DNA of 8,870 nucleotides from Octopus sinensis. Taxonomy: Eukaryota. The stretch is taken from contig NW_021828255.1 in assembly GCF_006345805.1 (NCBI RefSeq), positions 1-8,870 on the forward strand. Reading direction: 5' to 3'. A program made the translations under genes and the position numbers. The notes beneath the pieces are model-generated. The model was not told the DNA's origin and did not search any database. It worked only from the letters and a program-made list of their open reading frames with translations. Positions 1 to 6,843 of this stretch are shown here, piece by piece; position 1 is the first letter of the stretch; every line of letters begins with the position of its first letter.

Positions 1-424
1 TTGACTCATTTTTCCTGTGTCCTTATATACATTTACGAAGGGGAGACAAAAGGCCATCAGGAGGCGTCGATGCTTCCTAGGGCTAAACAGCGGTGGTATA
101 ACCCCCTACTGTCACGTTCACGTTAGATTGACAGTATACAACCATATATATTATTGTTGTATGCTATCATAATAGCGAAAGATTGTTTTCGACATAAACG
201 ATTTTGGATGAATATTATTTGAGATAAATAGAAATATATTTCGGTAGTTGTAGACTCTGCTTACTTAATTATTTCATCCCTTAAAATTTTGTTGATTTTT
301 AATTGTAATTGTTATTCTAGTTGAAAAGTTAACGTTCACGCTCATAATACATAGGCATTTGAATTAATTTATTTTTACAATCTAGCCGTCCTTTCACACG
401 GAATTTCGTCTATATATAAAGCTT

Positions 425-504
425 AGCTCTGATGAGACTTATATAAGCGAACTGAATTGTTTATATATCAGAGGATGTGTATAAGTCGAAACAAATTGTT
501 GACT
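425..504 (+). ncRNA. Candidate hammerhead ribozyme motif (minimal type I-like, as found in Penelope-like element LTRs); possibly decayed
   Basis: CTGATGA at 429-435. Stem II GACTTATATA (436-445) pairs with TGTATAAGTC (478-487): 10 bp including one G-U. GAAA at 488-491. Near-palindromic ACAAATTGT (491-499) followed by U500 gives a GUU triplet. Stem I is weak: T428-G501 wobble, C427/A502 mismatch, G426-C503, A425-T504. Confidence 0.55.
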
Positions 505-584
505 TTTTATGGTTTTTTTAATAATTGTTTATGTTGTCTTATATTATATTATATTGTATTCATAGTATATTACGTTTTATTATA

Positions 585-761
585 TAGATAGATAGATAGA
601 TAGATATCGATAGATAGATATAGATAGATAGATAGATAGATAGATAGATGGATAGATAACCGACAGACAGATAGACAGACAGACTACACGGACAGACAAC
701 AACAACAGATAGATAGATAGATGATAGATAGATAGATAGATGGATGGATCGATAGATAGTA

Positions 762-827
<66 letters not shown>
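585..827 (+). repeat. (GATA)n microsatellite with a GACA/CAA sub-block
   Basis: Direct reading of tandem GATA units, interrupted by GACA and ACA units at about 660-707. Confidence 0.97.
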
Positions 828-891
828 CGTAGTGAAGTATGGATATATGTAGTGAAGTATTTCTTCAAATATTATAACTGTCTGTGTGTGT

Positions 892-1008
892 AAGAGAGAG
901 GGGGGAGGGAGAGAGAGAGGGAGGGGAGGGGAGGGAGAGGGAGGGAGAGGGAGAGGGAGGGATGGATGGAGGGAGGGAGGGAGGAAGAGAGAGGGAGAGA
1001 GAGAAAGA
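892..1008 (+). repeat. Polypurine (GA/GGGA)n tract
   Basis: Almost pure G/A on the + strand (only two T), with many GGG runs. Confidence 0.9.
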
Positions 1009-1107
1009 CTAATTCCAGTATCTCTTTTTTTTCTACTACGGCGTTGAAGACGAGGTATATGCTATGCCACGACGTATCATAACGAGGCATGATCACAAAA
1101 ATAGTTC

Positions 1108-1240
1108 TACCACAGTCACCACCACTACCACCACCACCACCACCATCATCGTCATCACCACCGCCATCATCTATAATCATTATGCAACTCATCATAGCCA
1201 TAGCTGTCATCGCCGTTAGATCCATCATCATCATCATGAA
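1108..1240 (+). repeat. Degenerate (CAC/CAT)n trinucleotide repeat
   Basis: Runs of CAC, CAT and ATC. These explain the poly-Pro, poly-Gly/Asp and poly-Ile/Met ORF translations. Confidence 0.85.
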
Positions 1241-1292
1241 CGTAACCTTCCTCTTTGTCATTATTTCGATTTCCATTTCTCTCATACAGGCT

Positions 1293-2080
1293 ACATATAT
1301 CATATACCTATATATATATATATATGTATATAATATATATATATATATATATTATATATATCTATATATATGTATGTAATGTATAGTATATATATATATA
1401 TATATGTGTGTGTGTGGTGTATATATATATTAATACCTATATATTATATATATCATAATATATGTATATATATATATATGGGTGTATATATATCTGTGTG
1501 TTATCTATATACTATATATATATATACTATTCTATGTATCTATATCTATGTATATATCAATATATATCTATAATATATATATGTTATTGTATATATAATA
1601 TATTATATGGTATATATATATATATGTATGTATATGTATATGTATATGATATGTATATGTCATATGTATATATATCTATATATGTATATGTATGTTATAT
1701 ATATATATATATGTATATGTATATGTATATATAATGTATATGTCTATGTATATATATATATATATGTATATGTATATGTATATATATACTATATATATAT
1801 GTATATGTTATAATATTATATAATATATATGTATCTATATATATGTACATATACGTATATATATATACATCTATACAATATATATACCATATATATCACA
1901 TATATACATATATATATCTACATACATATATTTATACACACATATATCTATACATATATATATACATACATATATATATATATACATACATATATATATA
2001 TACATGTATGTATGTATGTATGTGTATTTATATATACACACATACACACGCACACACACACCACACACTTTCATATACAC
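1293..2080. repeat. Long compound (TA)n/(TATG)n/(CATA)n/(CA)n low-complexity array
   Basis: About 790 bp of alternating TA with interspersed TG/CA units. Confidence 0.97.
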
Positions 2081-2672
2081 ATGCTAATACAAACATGCAC
2101 GTGTACGCATGCGCTGTGTGTGCAGAGTAATTCCTGCTCGTTCCAAAAGTTGCAACAGGACAGAAGCCATATTTTTCAGAGACGTCACTTACAGCATTTC
2201 AGGATACGCAGAATGTCGCCAATGCGGCAGGCAGAAGGGGAATGCTGGGAATGTTTTCACTTCCGACAAACAGCATTTGACTTCCGGCAGAGCGACAGAG
2301 GGGTAAAGAACGAAATAAAATCGTTGTTTATAATCAAGAAAGTACAAAATTAGATATTTCGATATTTCTATATTACATGTCGACATTTTTAGTGGCAAAT
2401 TTCTTGTTTTCGTTGTATGGAAAACGATCGTTCGCTGTTGGATTGCCTCTGGGTGTACGTATGTGTTTCTACGTATGCATGAATGTACGTATGTATTTAT
2501 TTATGTGAATGTAAGTATGTACATGATTGTATGCAGGCTTGTGTAAGTTAGTATGCGTGTGTGATAATATGTATGTGTGATAAAACTATCGTAAAAAGAT
2601 AAACATGATAAGATAAATTTAGATGGTATAACAGTATAAGAATCTAAAAACGACATAAAAATATATACATAA

Positions 2673-2750
2673 GATAGATCGATAGATAGACAGACAGACG
2701 ACAGACAGGCAGGCAGGCAGGCAGCCAGGTAGGTAGGTAGAAAGAGAGAT

Positions 2751-2817
<67 letters not shown>

Positions 2818-2845
2818 TAAGATAGATAGATAGATAATAGATAGT

Positions 2846-2939
<94 letters not shown>

Positions 2940-2940
2940 T
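2673..2940 (+). repeat. (GATA)n microsatellite with GACA/GGCA/GGTA lead-in
   Basis: Direct reading; nearly pure GATA from about 2750 to 2940. Confidence 0.97.
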
Positions 2941-3100
2941 GTTTCTTTATTGGCTACACAGGGCTGAACACAGAGGGGACAAAATACAATGTAGAACTTT
3001 TCTTTTGGGGAAGAAGAAAATAAGGGGAGGAGGGTAGAATTTCGATCGAAAGGGGTCGTGGGAAAAAAGGCCGATCAATTGGGATCGTGCATCGCAGAAA
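2941..3100 (-). mobile_element. Short retroposon fragment sharing its 3' tail with SINE family A
   Basis: Minus strand ends ...TTTGTCCCCTCTGTGTTCAGCCCTGTGTAGCCAATAAAGAAAC, closely matching the tail of the SINE A copy at 4221-4265 (TTTGTCCCCCTCTGTGTTTAGCCCCTTGTGGGTAATAAAGAAAT). The body (3000-3100) does not align to SINE A by eye. Confidence 0.55.
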
Positions 3101-3180
3101 GACAGACAGACAGACAGACAGACGGGTGGATAGATGGATAGATGGATAGATAGATAGATAGATATATAGATAGATAGATA

Positions 3181-3215
<35 letters not shown>

Positions 3216-3235
3216 TATTAGATAGATAGATAGAT
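3101..3235 (+). repeat. (GACA)n/(GATA)n microsatellite
   Basis: Direct reading. Confidence 0.95.
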
Positions 3236-3271
3236 TCTTGTGTCTCCCATCTTCCGTGTCTGTCATTAATC

Positions 3272-3278
3272 ATATATA

Positions 3279-3339
<61 letters not shown>
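3272..3339. repeat. (TA)n microsatellite
   Basis: Direct reading. Confidence 0.95.
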
Positions 3340-3342
<3 letters not shown>

Positions 3343-3344
<2 letters not shown>

Positions 3345-3552
3345 TACAAATGGGACACGAACGCAAAACATCTGGACAACTAGGTGATACAAAAGGCAGC
3401 CGAAATTGCGAGGATGATCCGGTTCTTGACTGAGGATGGAGAACTTCGAATGATCCGTCCTTGTTTTTTTTTGTATCGACTATCTGGATGTTTTGTTGTC
3501 CCTTTTTGTGTCACCTAGTCGTCCGGATATTTTGCATTCTAGTCCCATTTTG

Positions 3553-3556
<4 letters not shown>
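3343..3556. mobile_element. Fold-back / MITE-like element with ~55-bp inverted arms, flanked by (TA)n
   Basis: Left arm 3343-3396 (AATACAAATGGGAC...GATACAAAAGG) versus the reverse complement of 3501-3556 (AATACAAAATGGGAC...GACACAAAAAGG): 7 substitutions and 2 single-base gaps by manual alignment. (TA)n arrays abut both ends. Confidence 0.7.

Positions 3557-3582
<26 letters not shown>
3555..3582. repeat. (TA)n microsatellite
   Basis: Direct reading. Confidence 0.95.
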
Positions 3583-3583
<1 letters not shown>

Positions 3584-3837
3584 GCCATCGAGAAAAAGTA
3601 TGACAACGACTCTTACCTATGGAAATTTGTAGAGAAGGACCGTTTCCATACTTTCCACACCAACCTTTCCGACAAATGCTCTCTTAAGTGATCATCTACT
3701 TTTTGTTAAACTTGCAGAATTGTTTCAATAACAACCACGTAATTTTGAACATAATCGCATACATATTTTTTGTCAGCACCCAATACAACATAATTATTAA
3801 AATTCAGTACAGTTATTATATAATTATTTAGTTCACG

Positions 3838-4034
3838 TTTTGCCACAAGGCCAGCAATTTCATGGGAGTGAGTAAGTTGATTACATGGACCCCAGTGTTT
3901 CACTGGTATTTATTTTATCGACCCTGAAAGGATGAAAGGTAAAGTCGGCCTCGGTAGAACTCAGAACATAAATACGGACCAAATTCCGCCGCGCATTTCG
4001 CCCCGCGTGCCAACGATCCTGCTAGTTCGCCGCC
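3838..4034 (-). mobile_element. tRNA-derived SINE family A, diverged near-full-length copy
   Basis: Minus strand starts GGCGGCGAACTAGCAGGATCGTTGGCACG, collinear with the copy at 4221-4451. The B-box is partly deleted. The 3' tail is AAATTGCTGGCCTTGTGGC. Confidence 0.85.
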
Positions 4035-4065
4035 TTATAATAGGATATAATCAGTAATAATCCTT

Positions 4066-4220
4066 TCGGCTATAGGCACAAGGCCTGAAATTTGGTGGGA
4101 GGGGCAGTTGATTAGATCGACCCCAGTATGCAACAGGTACTTAATTGATCGACTCTGAAAGATGAAAGGCAAAGTCGGCCTCGATGGAAGTTAAACTCAG
4201 AAAATAAAGGACGAAATACC
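4066..4220 (-). mobile_element. SINE family A unit lacking the 5' (A-box) part, fused behind the copy at 4221-4451
   Basis: Collinear with the central part of SINE A (GATCGACCCCAG...GAAAGATGAAAGGCAAAGTCGGCCTCG...ACGAAATACC on +). It stops at 4220, where the next copy's tail begins. Its own tail is AAATTTCAGGCCTTGTGCC. Confidence 0.8.
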
Positions 4221-4451
4221 TATTTCTTTATTACCCACAAGGGGCTAAACACAGAGGGGACAAACAAGGACAGACAAACGGATTAAGTCGATTATATCGA
4301 CCCCAGTGCGTAACTGGTACTTATTTAATCGACCCCGAAAGGATGTAAGGCAAAGTCAACCTCGGCGGAATTTGAACTCAGTACGTAGCGGCAGACGAAA
4401 TACTGCTAAACATTTTGCCCGGCGTGCTAACGGTTCTGCCAGCTCGCCGCC
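4221..4451 (-). mobile_element. tRNA-derived SINE family A, full-length copy
   Basis: Minus strand starts GGCGGCGAGC, followed by a pol III A-box-like TGGCAGAACCG (4441-4431) and a B-box-like GAGTTCAAATTCC (4379-4367). It has an internal hairpin GTCGATATAATCGAC and a 3' tail with AATAAAGAAATA. It resembles octopus tRNA-SINEs, but I cannot assign the exact family name. Confidence 0.9.
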
Positions 4452-4577
4452 TCTGAGATCAAATTCCGCAGAGGTCGACTTCACCTTTCATTCTTTCGGG
4501 ATCAATAAAATCGAGAGGGGTCGATGTAATCGACTTACCCTCTCCCTACGAATATGCTGGCCCTGTTCCAAAATTTG
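4452..4577 (+). mobile_element. SINE family A partial copy in the opposite orientation, abutting the 5' end of the previous copy
   Basis: 4453-4500 matches the reverse complement of 4334-4381 at 41/48. It then has GGGGTCGATGTAATCGAC and the tail TATGCTGGCCCTGTTCCAAAATTTG. Confidence 0.85.
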
Positions 4578-4663
4578 TGATCAATAATAGTAAATTATTA
4601 TTATTGTTATTACCACATACTATTATATTAATAAATATATATGTGCAGTCAAAGGTAGTAATA

Positions 4664-4778
4664 TATTATGTCGCACGTTCGGATGCCTTCTACTTAAATC
4701 TGCTCTACTCGGTTTCTTTATTAGCCACAAGGGCCCATGGGCTAGTCTACTTCATCGTCTGGGGGCGTCCACACAACA
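4664..4778 (-). repeat. 3' LTR (115 bp)
   Basis: Minus strand starts TGTTGTGTGGACG and ends CGACATAATA (terminal CA mutated to TA). 4739-4778 matches 5644-5683 at 37/40, and 4685-4710 matches 5580-5605 at 25/26. Confidence 0.85.
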
Positions 4779-4790
4779 CCTTCCCCTTCT
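4779..4790 (-). promoter_or_regulatory. Polypurine tract (PPT)
   Basis: AGAAGGGGAAGG immediately 5' of the TG that starts the 3' LTR on the minus strand. Confidence 0.85.
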
Positions 4791-4818
4791 GAGTTTTTTA
4801 AACCCGAATTTATCAATT

Positions 4819-5000
4819 TTATTTCCTCGGTGAGAAACTGGCATATCTTTTTCTCTTAGCGTTAATTACCATCATTTCTGTAGGTTTTCTCTTCCTGTTC
4901 GACCTACGTATCGGTTCTGCTTTTGCTTGTGGTTCTGGGACCTCGACCAAATCATACCATAAATCCATTGGTTCTTCTGGCCTCTCTTGGTTTTTGATAC
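4819..5000 (-). pseudogene. C-terminal tail of Ty3/gypsy pol (after the integrase core)
   Basis: KNQERPEEPMDLWYDLVEVPEPQAKAEPIRRSNRKRKPTEMMVINAKRKRY..stop. The RRSxRxRKP-type basic motif is typical of gypsy integrase tails, and the stop lies about 30 nt before the PPT. The first ~20 aa of the track ORF 4819..5061 come from the SINE tail. Confidence 0.65.
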
Positions 5001-5432
5001 TCTCTTTACTCTTTACTCTTTTACTTGTTTCAGTTATTTGACTGCGGCCATACTGGAGCACCGCCTTTAATCGAGCAACTCGACCCCGGGACTTATTCTC
5101 TGTAAGCCCAGTACTTATTCTATCGGTCTATTTTGCCGAACCGTTAAGTGACGAGGACGTAAACACACCAGCATCGGTTGTCAAGCAATGCTAGGGGGAC
5201 AAACACAGACACACAAACATACACACCACACACACACACATATGTATATATATACATACGCATATATACGACAGGCTTCTTTCAGTTTCCGTCTACCAAA
5301 TCCACTCACAAGGCATTGGTCGGCCCGGGGCTATAGCAGAAGACACTTGCCCAAGATGCCACGCAATGGGACTGAACCCGGAACCATGTGGTTGGTAAGC
5401 AAGCTACTTACCACACAGCCACTCCTGCGCCT
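5001..5432 (-). mobile_element. tRNA-derived SINE family B, full-length, inside the LTR element
   Basis: Minus strand has GGCGCAGGAG, an A-box-like TGGCTGTGTGG, a B-box-like GGTTCAGTCCC, a CORE-like CTTGGGCAAGT box, a central GTGGATTTGGTAGACGGAAACTGAA, an internal CA/TA microsatellite (about 5203-5268), and a 3' end ...GAAACAAGTAAAAGAGTAAAGAGTAAAGAG. It is homologous to 6352-6680 and 6681-7040. Confidence 0.9.
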
Positions 5433-5542
5433 ACATATCTATATATGTATGCTATATATCTTTTTTGTTGTTGTTTAAATGCCTTCTGCAGTTGCTGCTG
5501 CTGCTCTTGTTGTTTTACAACTGCTTTCAGTAACTCTTTCAT
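5433..5542 (-). pseudogene. gag N-terminal remnant
   Basis: ATG at 5542-5540, 17 nt after the PBS, reads MKELLKAVVKQQEQQQQLQKAFKQQQK... and is then cut by low-complexity sequence and the SINE. It is under 60 aa, so it is absent from the ORF track. Confidence 0.6.
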
Positions 5543-5558
5543 TTCGGTACTATTCGAA

Positions 5559-5569
5559 CCTCGTCGCCA
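5559..5569 (-). promoter_or_regulatory. Primer binding site complementary to the tRNA-Ser(GCU) 3' end
   Basis: TGGCGACGAGG lies 1 nt after the LTR end (...ATAACA). It is complementary to ...CCUCGUCGCCA, the 3' end of metazoan tRNA-Ser(GCU). Confidence 0.85.
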
Positions 5570-5570
5570 C

Positions 5571-5683
5571 TGTTATGTCGCCTTCTACTCAAATCTGCTC
5601 TACTCTTCCCTGTTCCAATCTTCTCCGTCTATATCTACGTTTTGGGATAGTCTACTTTATCGTCTGGGGTCGTCCACACAACA
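5571..5683 (-). repeat. 5' LTR (113 bp)
   Basis: Minus strand reads TGTTGTGTGGACG...GGCGACATAACA, with imperfect terminal inverted repeats TGTTGTGT/ACATAACA. It is homologous to 4664-4778. Confidence 0.85.
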
Positions 5684-6351
5684 TATATATATATATATGT
5701 GTGTGTGGGCGGGGGAGTATGTTCTCTTCTATTTTTAAGTTTTTCAACTCTCCTTACAATAAAGGAGCTAGTTTCTGACCAGGATATAAAACTCCATCGT
5801 TGGAATATAGTTTCTTGCATATTTTTACAATTCCGCTAACAGACTGTATTTCTAAATGTCCGCATTATTTGGTTGATTTCTTTTTCTGAAAACCCTAGCT
5901 TTTCCAGATTGTCACTTAAGTATTTCCTCACAAAATCAAATGCATTGCTTCAAATGTGAACTTACAAAAACGGATGGTTTCAAAGCAGTTGCCCATAGCT
6001 GTTCTCATTGTTCGATTCCCGATGTTTGCTTGCATTCATACATGCAAGTATGTATTGTTGTAAATAAGTGCAGTTTACCATAGCTGTTTTCGAGCCATTA
6101 GACATTAGGACAAGAGTCATGCTAGAAATAACTGGTAGGAGGTTAATGCTCTTTGCTGGTTATCGACCTGTGTCAATTGTTTGCATATTAAAGCTGGATT
6201 ATGTGACAGCATTTCATGTAATAGACGAACGTTTAGCAAATTCTTTTGTGATATCCCATGAATACATACAAATGCTAACTATTTGATAACATATATTGTT
6301 GTATAAGAGTATAATGGGAGAAGCAGAGGTGAAGTTTGATGAAGATCTGTA

Positions 6352-6680
6352 AGACACGAGCATGACTGTGTGGTAGGAAGCTTGCTTCCCAACCACATGG
6401 TTCCAGGTTCAATATTACTGCGTGTCACCTTGGGAAAGACACTTCTACTATAGCCATGAGCCGACTAAAGCCTTGTGAATGGATTTGGTAGACGGAAACT
6501 GAAAAAAAAATAACACATCGCATGTGTGTGTTAGTGTTTTTGTGTCTGTTTGTTGCCCAACACCGCTTGACAACCGGTGAGGGCGTATTTACGTCCCCAT
6601 AACATAACGGTTCAACAAAAAAAGGACAAAGAGGAGCGTTACCAGGTTTAAAAATATAAGACTCTGCAAGGCGGTGCCCC
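6352..6680 (+). mobile_element. SINE family B, diverged, 3'-truncated
   Basis: Contains CTGTGTGGTAGGAAGCTTGCTTCCCAACCACATGGTTCCAGGTTCAA, CCTTGGGAAAGACACTTCT and TGGATTTGGTAGACGGAAACTGAA. It ends at GGCGGTGCCCC, short of the tail seen in the copy at 5001-5432. Confidence 0.85.
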
Positions 6681-6843
6681 GGTACTTATTTTAAGCTTGT
6701 TAATATTCTATCGGTCTCTTTTGCCGAACAGCTCTGTTGTCAAGCAGTGGTGGGAGACCATCACAGACACAAAGACACATACACACATATATATACACAC
6801 ACATACATACATACATACATACATACATACATACATACATACA

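Larger units (their letters stand above)
4664..5683 (-). mobile_element. Internally deleted (TRIM-sized) Ty3/gypsy LTR retrotransposon, probably Mag-clade-like
   Basis: Two related LTRs (5571-5683, 4664-4778) with TGTTGTGT...ACATAACA termini. PBS follows the 5' LTR and PPT precedes the 3' LTR. There is a Gln-rich gag-like start and an integrase-tail-like peptide, all in the correct order on the minus strand. Confidence 0.85.

Noticed and set aside
829-860. 12-bp direct repeat GTAGTGAAGTAT (829-840, 849-860)
   Set aside because: Only two copies with an 8-nt spacer at a microsatellite edge. This is a local slippage duplication, not a CRISPR array or a meaningful TSD.
560-2130. Many long ORFs (YLSI-, YIYI-, HTYI-, poly-Pro/Gly-rich)
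   Set aside because: These are translations of (GATA)n, (TA)n, (CATA)n, (GA)n and (CAC/CAT)n repeats, which lack stops in some frames.
2947-3273. Minus-strand ORFs of 108 and 63 aa
   Set aside because: They run through GATA arrays and a retroposon fragment.
4367-4451. tRNA gene (also considered at 5370-5432 and the other SINE heads)
   Set aside because: A- and B-box-like motifs are present, but they continue into multi-copy SINE bodies with no complete cloverleaf. These are tRNA-derived SINE heads.
4306-4587. 93-aa + strand ORF
   Set aside because: Chance read-through of two SINE A copies.
4664-5683. Repeat pair read as CRISPR repeats or a simple segmental duplication
   Set aside because: The TG...CA termini, adjacent PBS and PPT identify the repeats as LTRs. 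There are only two copies and the context is eukaryotic.
5188-5820. ORFs of 96, 116, 99 and 61 aa
   Set aside because: They overlap the SINE, the antisense of the CAG/CAA-rich gag start, and the LTR, and have no recognisable protein.
5750-6340. Possible decayed transposase or exon on either strand
   Set aside because: Manual translation gave short stop-interrupted peptides with no motif I can name. A tBLASTn or HMM search would be needed.
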